Shown: positions 1 to 8,021 of the stretch, piece by piece
How positions within the stretch are numbered: position 1 is the first letter of the stretch
Layout: every line of letters begins with the position of its first letter
Assembly (NCBI GenBank): GCA_041750285.1
Contig: JBGSZS010000013.1
Location: forward strand, 1 to 64,000
Origin: Candidatus Fermentibacteraceae bacterium
GTDB taxonomy: Bacteria > Fermentibacterota > Fermentibacteria > Fermentibacterales > JCC-6
Length of the DNA stretch: 64,000 nucleotides
Direction of reading: 5' to 3'
Program-made: the position numbers and the translations under genes
Notes under the pieces: model-generated
What the model saw: only the letters and a program-made list of their open reading frames with translations
The model's database searches: none
Told to the model about the DNA's origin: nothing

Positions 1-72
1 GGTCTTCTCTCCCTTGATGGCTTCTATTGCCACCTTCGCCTTGAATGACGCACTGTGTACCCGCTTCGGCAT
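1..72 (-). CDS. IS3-family transposase OrfA, N-terminus (partial)
   Basis: Manual translation MPKRVHSASFKAKVAIEAIKGEKT matches the typical IS3 OrfA HTH start; SD GAAGGAGG upstream. Confidence 0.85.
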   Translation of the reverse strand, partial: MPKRVHSASFKAKVAIEAIKGEKT

Positions 73-140
73 GTCCCCTCCTTCAAGAAGCCATGCCTGA
101 ATCTAACTATCACCCCTGTCTACATAGGGGGGCCAGCTCA
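1..140 (-). mobile_element. Left end of an IS3-family insertion sequence (truncated by window edge)
   Basis: Minus strand from 140 reads TGAGCTGGCCCCCCTATGTAGACA, resembling an IS3-type terminal inverted repeat that starts with TG. It is followed by an SD and an OrfA-like start. Confidence 0.8.
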
Positions 141-208
141 CTGTCACGAGACTGAGAACATGTAAAAGGATTCCTTATCAAAAAACACTTCTGTTATGCC
201 TGGTCAAT

Positions 209-236
209 AGAATAAATAGGGGGGGGGGAGTGTCAA
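209..236 (-). promoter_or_regulatory. Sigma70-type promoter with poly-C10 spacer
   Basis: Minus strand reads TTGACA-ctCCCCCCCCCCtatt(16 nt)-TATTCT. Confidence 0.55.
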
Positions 237-275
237 TACCTGCCTTCTTGACCTTGTGCTTGCTCCTGTCTCAAA

Positions 276-659
276 TCATTCCGCGTTCATGGCTTTCTTC
301 CTCAGTCCCCTCTCCGTCACCACCCTTCTGTCCCAGTGATCCCCCAAGGCCTCGATTTCCCTCTGCTTTTCTTCGGGGAGTTTCAGGAGGTGAAGCATCT
401 GACTGACCCGGGAGAGGGAGCACCCGAGCTTCCTTGCCATCTGGCCCTGAGTGAGTTCTTTCAGTTGGATCTCGAGGGCAATCTCCCGGGCCTGGATGAT
501 GGGATTCCTGAAGGTCTTCTTTGACATTCGCTTGATTATTGGCTTATCTTGTTCTTTAGTGTACCATAGAATGGTGCGTTGGGCCACACGGTTGGCGTAC
601 CAGTCATCCCGGTTCATCGGTTGGTTCATCACCAGTAAGGGGGGCACTTCCTCTATCAA
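276..659 (-). CDS. Stand-alone ParB/KorB-type HTH protein (copy 1)
   Basis: LTQGQMARKLGCSLSRVSQMLHLLKLPEEKQ resembles the ParB HTH; no ParBc domain; start uncertain. Confidence 0.65.
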   Translation of the reverse strand: MIEEVPPLLVMNQPMNRDDWYANRVAQRTILWYTKEQDKPIIKRMSKKTFRNPIIQAREIALEIQLKELTQGQMARKLGCSLSRVSQMLHLLKLPEEKQREIEALGDHWDRRVVTERGLRKKAMNAE

Positions 660-668
660 TTCACGCTC

Positions 669-2070
669 TCAGCGCAGAAGAACACAGGTCGCTGTGTCCA
701 TCACTCCTTCGGAAGCGACCCTCACAATGTAGCATCCGCCCGCAAGACCGGGTGAAGGTGCCCAGGTAACGGTATGCTCTCCGGCAGGGAACACTCCCCC
801 TGCAATCTCATCAACAAGCCTGCCAGTAAGATCGAAGACCTGGATTACAGCCTCTCCCTGCCCGGGTATGCTGAAGCCCACTGTTACCGTACCGTGGGAA
901 GGATTCGGAGTGAGGCTTCTGATGGCAACACGTGATGAAAAGCTTCCATCCTCAATACCCAGTTCCGGAGCGTACCTCATCAGGAATCCCTGGGAAGCAG
1001 TCCGCCCCGCCGCGATGTAACCACCCTGCGACAACTGCCTCACCGAGTAAATGGCAATGCACCCGGAGTTGTACACATAATCCCGCCACAACTCGTTGCC
1101 GAGGCTGTCGTGCCGGGATATCATGCCGCTATACTGCAGGTTCTTATCACGATTCGGATACCAGGGAGTGTTCTGACCGCCATAAATGATGCCACCGTCC
1201 ATGGTAGTACTGATGGAGTACCCCTCGGGAGGCATTCCGATCCCCGGAGGAGTAATCATCCAATCCACATTACCGAAGTAATCCATGTGGACTATCATCA
1301 CTGGAGCATACTTGGTAAGTGACAGAAGCCCTCCGTCCGAGGCTTCACACATATCCTGTGCGTGTTTCCCCGCGAGTTCTGGAATAGCCGTCTCCCAAAG
1401 CAGGTTGCCATCCATATCGTAGCGGACCAGGTGCGGCCCGCCTGTCGTTGATTCCAAGCGGCCCTGCATCAGGACGGTCAGTCCCTCGTCGAGATATAGA
1501 ACACCAAGAGCACTGTCGTTGTATTCCCATCCCCACTCCCTTGTCCAGAGGGTGTCACCCTGCGAATCAGTGCGAAGGATCCAGGGCCTGGTCCATGCCC
1601 TCGACAGGGTCCTTATTGCCACAGACAGCAAAACCACCGTCCGGAAGTGGAACGACTGCATAAGCGTAGCCCCGGCAGTTGTCAGGCAGTTCGTACAGCC
1701 GTGTCCAGACACTGTCTCCTTCCGCCGATATCTTATGAATCGAGAGTGAGACGGGTGTCCCACCCGGCTCCGCCGTCCCGTACCCGACAGCAACGAAGCC
1801 GCCCTCCTGAAGCTCCAGTATCGAATAGTCCAGAAGGCTTGCCGGATAAGATGAATATTCCCAGAGCAGTTCCCCGGAGGGTGAATAGAGAAAAACGGTT
1901 CTGGCGTAATCGGACCATCTCCGACCTGCAACAACACAGTCTCCGCTTGACGTCTCCCTGACGTCGTAGAAAACAGAGCCATATGTCAGCTCCCACATCA
2001 CCTCCGGCGGATCCATGGCAAATGTGACGGAAGCCATTATCAGCGGGATTGTCATGATCGCTGTTCTCAT
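669..2070 (-). pseudogene. Secreted beta-propeller-like protein with T9SS/FlgD-like CTD, frameshifted at ~1584-1586
   Basis: ORF 1567-2070 (signal peptide MRTAIMTIPLIMASVTFA; GELLW/GDSVW repeats) continues in ORF 669-~1583 (SQGDTLW, GNLLW, GNELW repeats; TPNPSHG..VFDLTGRLV CTD). Removing one C restores DQAWILRTD. Confidence 0.75.
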
Positions 2071-2080
2071 TAGTGCCCGC

Positions 2081-2791
2081 CTACTCCGTAAGCCTGACCC
2101 AGCCAATGCGCACCGATCTGGGTATGTTGCCTCCACCGAACCCGATCCAGAACTTCCTCACGGGGTCATCGCCCCAGCTCGATCCCGCGATCCCGTCCAG
2201 AGCGACAGGGCCGATCTCCCGCCACTCCTGAACAAGGCTCTCACCTGTGTCAACATAACTGGTGTCTCCGTGGCTGTCCTCCCAGTACACTCTGATGCTC
2301 AACTGGCCGTCTGCCCTTCCGGCAAGGCTGAATTGTCTGTACAGCCCGCTGTCGATCCAGTCGCCCGAGCCCGAACCGGTATTCAGGACAAGGGCGTCGT
2401 ACATGGACGGATCTGGAAGCACGCCCTCGAACATCCCGCTAACCGAATCGGTGAACGCCGAATCGTTCCAGCCCGCAGTCTCCACTATGTCGTCGGTGTG
2501 CCAGAGATGACCTGTTGCCTCCGTCATGTCCCAGGGGTTGCCCAGAACTTCCGTGGCGTAGTCCCTGGGATCGACCAAGTGGACAAGGGTCGCCGTGTTG
2601 TCGGATGGGTCAGGCTCTCCCGGCCAGGTCTCCGCCGATACCCGAAGAACGTGAACCCCGATGTCCGTGCTGTCGGGAGTCCAGCCGATTACCGGGATGG
2701 TTTTATCAGGAAGTGAGTCTGCGAGAAGAAGGAAGGGGAGAATCAGTGAACAAACCGCAGGAACCAGCAGGAGCGAGCAGTTTCCTCTCAC
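2081..2791 (-). CDS. Signal peptide joined to what looks like the C-terminal ~200 aa of a large surface protein (probable internal deletion)
   Basis: GTG start with GAGGTGA upstream; hydrophobic N-terminus; then WTPDSTDIGVHVLRVSA..EPDPSDNTA, which resembles only the end of a CARDB-like domain. Confidence 0.55.
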   Translation of the reverse strand: MRGNCSLLLVPAVCSLILPFLLLADSLPDKTIPVIGWTPDSTDIGVHVLRVSAETWPGEPDPSDNTATLVHLVDPRDYATEVLGNPWDMTEATGHLWHTDDIVETAGWNDSAFTDSVSGMFEGVLPDPSMYDALVLNTGSGSGDWIDSGLYRQFSLAGRADGQLSIRVYWEDSHGDTSYVDTGESLVQEWREIGPVALDGIAGSSWGDDPVRKFWIGFGGGNIPRSVRIGWVRLTE

Positions 2792-2878
2792 CTCAGTCAC
2801 CTCATGCCCAAAACAGAACATACTTACTATCAAACCGATACACGGCACATGCATCGTTGTCAATGTCAGTAATTCGCT

Positions 2879-3256
2879 TTACACCCGGGACAAGCCTTGC
2901 TGAATCATCGATGTTCTGAGCCACCTCTCCATCACCAGCCTCCGCCCCCAGTAGTCCCCCAGGACTTCGATTTCCTGTTGCTTCTCCTCCGGCAGCTTCA
3001 GCAGGCAAAGCCACTGGGTGATCCGGTCAGAGGTGATGCCGTGCCGCTGACCGAGCTGAACCCGGGTGAGGTTGCCAAGGAGCATTTCATAATGGAGTTC
3101 TCTGGCGAAAATGAGTGGATTCCTGTAGGGAGCTCTGCGTGCACTGGAAATGTCCGGGCGGCAGATCAGTTGCAGTTCCGGGATTTGCGGTTCTGAGAAA
3201 ACCCCCACCGTGCTGAATTGTGTTGACAGAACGCTTTCAATAATGGATAAACCCAA
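2879..3256 (-). CDS. Stand-alone ParB/KorB-type HTH protein (copy 2)
   Basis: YRNPLIFAREL..LTRVQLGQRHGITSDRITQWLCLLKLPEEKQ; clear paralog of 276-659; start uncertain. Confidence 0.6.
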   Translation of the reverse strand: MGLSIIESVLSTQFSTVGVFSEPQIPELQLICRPDISSARRAPYRNPLIFARELHYEMLLGNLTRVQLGQRHGITSDRITQWLCLLKLPEEKQQEIEVLGDYWGRRLVMERWLRTSMIQQGLSRV

Positions 3257-3311
3257 CGTCTGTATTGTCGATAAGTGTCAACGATACAGTAAGATGTGAA
3301 AGGACAAATAA

Positions 3312-3785
3312 ATGATATCTGCCTTTTTCATGATCCTCCCGGCTTTTCTTTCCATGGAATCTGCCGATTCGCGAAATCCTGCGGAACTGGTCTCCTTCAT
3401 CCCATCTGATGGCCTGGAGCAGTTCATTGTGGACAGGCTCGACATCGCCTCTTTCAGAAACTCCCTGGGACCGGCAAGAAGCCCTGGCATGCGCTATTTT
3501 CGAGACCTGGGACTGGTTCCGACCGAAATATCAGAAGGAAGGATCGTTTTCGATACGGGCGACTGGTTCTACTGCGTGGAAGTGGTGGAGCGCAGGGACG
3601 TCAACCATGACGGCATAGAGGACATCCTGATACGGTTCACCGATGATTCGACCTTCGGGACCTACCTGACTCACTACATGTATACTCTGACATGCTATTC
3701 CGAAGGCTCCGACCTTGTTGCCATTGCCTTCGGTCCATCGGTCTGGTACTGGAACGAGGCGGATCCCGCGCTTGGGGCCGAGTGA
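3312..3785 (+). CDS. Hypothetical exported protein
   Basis: 157-aa ORF with AAGGA SD, hydrophobic N-terminus and a DVNHDGIED calcium-loop-like motif. Confidence 0.65.
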   Translation: MISAFFMILPAFLSMESADSRNPAELVSFIPSDGLEQFIVDRLDIASFRNSLGPARSPGMRYFRDLGLVPTEISEGRIVFDTGDWFYCVEVVERRDVNHDGIEDILIRFTDDSTFGTYLTHYMYTLTCYSEGSDLVAIAFGPSVWYWNEADPALGAE

Positions 3786-3885
3786 CCGCTAAAACGGTTG
3801 CAATGCTGCATGATCCATTTCAGAGCCGGAACCGATCGATGCCTCTGAGATAACAGTAGGATACATTCTGTCTTAGGAGGGAACA

Positions 3886-4519
3886 TTGAACGGCATAAAA
3901 CGCATGCTGTACGCTGCTCTCCTTGCCGCATCCTGCAGCAGCCCCACGACTCCATCGGAGAACCCCAACGAATGGGAAGACTACGAATGGGTGCCGTGCG
4001 CGGATCTCTACACCGATCCGTGCAGCGTTCTTTGCTCGGTGAGCGGAGACAGCCTGTACATCATGGTCACCCAGGAGGCTGACACCACGGACTGGTTCAG
4101 GTGCAACATGCCGGATCTGGTGGAGTTCAGGGTGATCTCTGAAGGGATTGTACGGAGAGGACTACTACGTGGACGGAAACCTGGCCATGACCTTTTCAGG
4201 CTCACTGACAACGGATGACCGGTACGAGTACTACTACCCCTACGGCTTTTCCGATCGCGAGCTCGGTGAGTCCATCCCCTATCAGCCGGATACCGCTCTT
4301 GGTGGTGTTAACGACGTTCATGCAGTGTTTTTCGGAGAGTTCAACGGAGACAGCACCCTTGTTTACCGGTAAGCCTTCTTCACCGGTGATTCCAGGTGGG
4401 ATTTGACCCTGGCCCATGATTCCACTTTCCTGTTCATGGTCTATCTGCAGTGGGGAGAACCTGGAGATTCCCTCTTCTTCTTCGACATGAGCGATCCCAT
4501 GCCTGTGTTTCTCCAGTAG
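3886..4519 (+). pseudogene. Lipoprotein pseudogene (frameshift at ~4144-4146 plus in-frame TAA at 4370-4372)
   Basis: AGGAGG SD + TTG, lipobox LAASC. An extra G in GGG shifts the frame; after the TAA the same frame continues AFFTGDSRW..MPVFLQ to TAG at 4517-4519. Confidence 0.65.
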
Positions 4520-4543
4520 CCGGGGAGCGGCACGAGTCAGGAA

Positions 4544-4569
4544 AAGGCCGGGCTTTCGGGCCCGGCCTT
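4544..4569. terminator. Terminator hairpin between convergent genes
   Basis: AAGGCCGGGC-TTTCGG-GCCCGGCCTT, perfect 10-bp stem. Confidence 0.75.
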
Positions 4570-4588
4570 CCCATCTTCGTCTTTCCGG

Positions 4589-6784
4589 TTACCGGATGAC
4601 CGCTACGCTCCTTGTCGCCTCAACCCCGCTGGCTGTGATCCTCACGAAGTAAAGACCGCTGGCGAGGTCTGAAGCGTCGAGGGGAATACCGTGGCTTCCC
4701 TCTTCGAGTACGCCCTGGTGAAGGGTCCGTACCAGCCGGCCCTGGAGGTCGAACACCTGGACCGAGGCCTCACCGGGGGCAACAGTGGCAAACCTCACCG
4801 AGGAAACGCCCCGGCAGGGATTGGGAAGTACGGAAACCTGTGGGCCGGAAGTCTCCGGTCCCTCAATGCCGGTACCATCGTGTCTCCAGAGGGTGATCTC
4901 GGCGTTGGCAAACGTGAGGAAGCCCTGGTGCCTGTCACCGCTGAAAACGATGTACCAGTCGTCGGTATGGGGGGCGTAGAACCACACCTCGCCTGAGGTC
5001 TGGCCCTGGATCAGTTCGTAGCAGTCGAACTCCTCCCCCGCCTGGTAGAGTTCCCAGTTGTCCGAGTCCACGATGAAAAAGTCAGCCGTGCCACCCGGCT
5101 GCGGTTCGGCGTACTCGGACCGTGGGTTTGCATAGTAGTCCCTGCCGTTCATGAGATCGGCCGGAAGGTCGAAGTTGACCTGGACGAGGTACTTGGTCCA
5201 GCTGCCACCGGGCTGTTCGGTGAGCGGCAATTCGGGCATGGGGGCGGGAGGGCTCCAATCGAAATAGTACTGCTGGTCGGGAATGCTGTTCTCGATGACC
5301 TGAACGTAGCCACCCGTGCCGTAGTTGCCCAGGGCGGTCGCGATGTTGAGGTAGTAGTTCTGGCTGTCGCCAAGTTCGAAGATGATCTGGCCGTTGCCGT
5401 CGGTCTGACCCCAGGTGCCACGGTAGAGTTCGCTGGTCTGCCAGCCCTCGCTGGCGATCTGCACCGTTGCATTGTCTACCGGAACTCCCGCTGAGTCGGT
5501 CACGGTCACGGTCAGGTTGCAGTAGTTGGAGTAGTAGGCCACGTAGTCGTACGTGAAGCCGTCATTCCTCCAGTACCAGATGCAGCTGCAGTCCTTGCCG
5601 CCTGCCATACGGTCCTTGTCGTACGCGCAGTAATCGTTGCTGAACGTGTCGACATACCAGCCGTGCCATGTGTCTCCCCACCAGGCCTGGCACCATACGT
5701 GGTCCTCGTTTATGTCCATGACGCATGCGGTCGGGATCAGGGCAAGCCGGGCCGCTGCGCAGAGAAGGTCCTGGTTCTCGCCGCAGTTCCCGTTGTGCTC
5801 ATGGGCTATGACGTTGGGCTGAATTGGTCTGTTGCCGGAAGCAGGGGCGTCGATGGTCGCCCTCACCCAGCCCGTGACGATGTCGACGGCGTGAAGGCTG
5901 TCAGAGAATTCCACTTCAGATGACCAGCCGTAGCTCTTTGTCTGCTGGTCCCAGAAGACCTGAACGTTCGGGTTCAGCACCTCGCTGAGCACCGGGTAGC
6001 CCGCGTCGTCCATGTCCCACAGATACTGGCGCCAGAATTCGTTGTAAACGCTGGAGTCGTTCAGGGGACGCTCGTCGGATACCTTCGGCATCACAACGTA
6101 GTGGTAGTAGATCTCTTTGGGTATCTCCACCCAGACAGTGTCTCCCTCCACTATGGTGTTGTACTCGGTGGTGCTGTAGTAGTCGTCTCCGGTGTAGTCA
6201 ACCACGTTCACGTAGCTCAGAAGGGGGTCGTGAACGTAGATGCCCTGTGCGTTCTCCACCAGAACGCTCTCGTCCCAGCCGGGGTTGGCGAGTATCACCC
6301 AGGACAGGTAGGCCACCGTGAATGCGAGCTCATCGAAATAGGGCTGCCCCTGGTGTGCCAGGAGAAGTGCGCCGTAGCGGTCCTGGTTCTCGGCGCTGAG
6401 CACGGAGAACTTCCAGATCAGGTGCTCCTGAAGCCATGTCGGACAGGCATCGACCGATTGCTGGGCCTGCGTGGTGAGCTGTATTGCCGGGTTCAGGGTC
6501 AGGCTCTCCCCGGACAGGTCGGCCACAACGGGGTAGATCCCTCCCATGGAGGGGACGACGAAGCGGCAGTCGACGGAGGCCACGACCTCGTACTCCGAGG
6601 GGGGGTCGAAAACCGGAGCTGGTTCCGTCCAGACAACGGATGTGAAGGGTATGGAGGGACGGGAAGTGACAAGATGAACCGAGCTGCCGGTGCAGACAAC
6701 CGGTTCAACCGGCATGGTGATCCCCGGAAGGCCGGCGGCTCCCACTGCAAATGCTGACAGAACAACGAACGACATGATTTTCAC
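4589..6784 (-). CDS. Secreted transglutaminase-like protein with T9SS/FlgD-like CTD
   Basis: Signal peptide; GNCGENQDL..EDHVWCQAW transglutaminase-like Cys/His core; LPNPC..VFDLQGRLV..LASGLYFVRI CTD. Confidence 0.8.
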   Translation of the reverse strand: MKIMSFVVLSAFAVGAAGLPGITMPVEPVVCTGSSVHLVTSRPSIPFTSVVWTEPAPVFDPPSEYEVVASVDCRFVVPSMGGIYPVVADLSGESLTLNPAIQLTTQAQQSVDACPTWLQEHLIWKFSVLSAENQDRYGALLLAHQGQPYFDELAFTVAYLSWVILANPGWDESVLVENAQGIYVHDPLLSYVNVVDYTGDDYYSTTEYNTIVEGDTVWVEIPKEIYYHYVVMPKVSDERPLNDSSVYNEFWRQYLWDMDDAGYPVLSEVLNPNVQVFWDQQTKSYGWSSEVEFSDSLHAVDIVTGWVRATIDAPASGNRPIQPNVIAHEHNGNCGENQDLLCAAARLALIPTACVMDINEDHVWCQAWWGDTWHGWYVDTFSNDYCAYDKDRMAGGKDCSCIWYWRNDGFTYDYVAYYSNYCNLTVTVTDSAGVPVDNATVQIASEGWQTSELYRGTWGQTDGNGQIIFELGDSQNYYLNIATALGNYGTGGYVQVIENSIPDQQYYFDWSPPAPMPELPLTEQPGGSWTKYLVQVNFDLPADLMNGRDYYANPRSEYAEPQPGGTADFFIVDSDNWELYQAGEEFDCYELIQGQTSGEVWFYAPHTDDWYIVFSGDRHQGFLTFANAEITLWRHDGTGIEGPETSGPQVSVLPNPCRGVSSVRFATVAPGEASVQVFDLQGRLVRTLHQGVLEEGSHGIPLDASDLASGLYFVRITASGVEATRSVAVIR

Positions 6785-6866
6785 GGCCTTTTCCCCCTTC
6801 AGAGAAAGACTGGGCTACCGATCAGGAAGATACTTTTCGGGAAACTCCGGGTAAAGGAGGGTGGTC

Positions 6867-8009
6867 TCAGCAGACCAGTGACACGGCTGACGCCAGTGAG
6901 TTGATGCCCAGAGGTGATGGAACCTGGGCGAACTTGAGCCCCTCGGGGGTGTCGGGCGGGGTTTCCCGGGATGAGACCGCTACCAGTCCGGTGTTGGTAT
7001 TCATGAGGATGTCCACGAGTGCGCGAAACTCCGGAGGGTTCTCCTGCTCCAGCAGAACGAAGAGGAACCGCTCGGGGGTCTCTTCGAGAAGGATAAGGCC
7101 GCTGGCCACGCTGTCCACGCTTACCGCAGTGAAACCCAGCATCCTCAGCATTCCCTCGGCGGTGGAGTCACCGCTGGGATCGATGCTGAGCACGGTCCTT
7201 CTTATCGTGGCGCTGAGCTTCCCGGTTTTGGCCTGGACCCTGTCGGAGGGAGCCTCCCGGTCACGGTGGCTGGGGAACGTGAGCATGGCGCGGTTGCCGC
7301 CGCCGGAGATAAGCCTCACATCTACATCGCCCCTTAGCTCGAGGTTCTTCGCCCCCTGCTCGGAGGAGAGGGAAATGGCGGTCTCGACCAGCCGGGCAGC
7401 CTCGACGGGGGGGAAGAGCTCGGATATGGAGCACCCCGGTTTCACTTTTCCCTGAAGGAAGGCGGGAAGGGTTCCCTGGGCTTCGAGGACTATCATGTCG
7501 CGCTCGATGGAACTCCCGGCGAGCTCGGTGTAGATGTACGCCGTACCGCTCTCGACGAGTGCGCGCCGGAAGACGTTGAGACCGGTTTCGGCGTCGTTCC
7601 CGCCATCGCCGCGAAACAGGGTGGAGTCGACGACGAGTACTATCTCCGCGGTTTTGCCCCGTATCTCGATCTTTCTGGAAAACACCATGACCTTCACCCT
7701 GGCGCCGGCCGAATCGCGCAAAACGCCTTTGACGGCTCCGGAGAGGCCCGCCTTGCCCTCGGCGGTGATACCCATTCCCGAGTCGGCAAGGGTCTTTCCA
7801 AGAGCATCTTTCATGGTGATCCCGAAAAGGTCTGCGGACTGGTCGTTCATGAACATGATCTGCCCGGACTGGACGTCCCTCACGAAGACGGCGGCGGGAA
7901 TGTTCCGGAGCAGAAGGTTGATACCCTCGGGGTCGGGCGTGAACGTGACGAGAGTGGGGTCGTCAAACGCCCTGAGATACCCAAGAAGCTTTTCGGTTCT
8001 TTCGTTCAA
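6867..8009 (-). CDS. PAS-domain protein with degenerate receiver-like C-terminus
   Basis: LLRNIPAAVFVRD..GQIMFMNDQSADLFG PAS motif; C-terminal VLSID..MLRMLGF..FVLLEQ resembles a REC domain lacking the phosphoacceptor Asp. Confidence 0.6.
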   Translation of the reverse strand: MNERTEKLLGYLRAFDDPTLVTFTPDPEGINLLLRNIPAAVFVRDVQSGQIMFMNDQSADLFGITMKDALGKTLADSGMGITAEGKAGLSGAVKGVLRDSAGARVKVMVFSRKIEIRGKTAEIVLVVDSTLFRGDGGNDAETGLNVFRRALVESGTAYIYTELAGSSIERDMIVLEAQGTLPAFLQGKVKPGCSISELFPPVEAARLVETAISLSSEQGAKNLELRGDVDVRLISGGGNRAMLTFPSHRDREAPSDRVQAKTGKLSATIRRTVLSIDPSGDSTAEGMLRMLGFTAVSVDSVASGLILLEETPERFLFVLLEQENPPEFRALVDILMNTNTGLVAVSSRETPPDTPEGLKFAQVPSPLGINSLASAVSLVC

Positions 8010-8021
8010 ACAGGTTCTCCC

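Noticed and set aside
4370..4372. Stop-codon recoding (Sec/Pyl) in the lipoprotein gene
   Set aside because: The codon is TAA, not TGA or TAG, and the gene also has a frameshift; other genes use all three stops normally.
669..4519. Integron cassette array or diversity-generating retroelement
   Set aside because: I saw no attC-like repeats, intI, reverse transcriptase or TR/VR pair differing at adenines.
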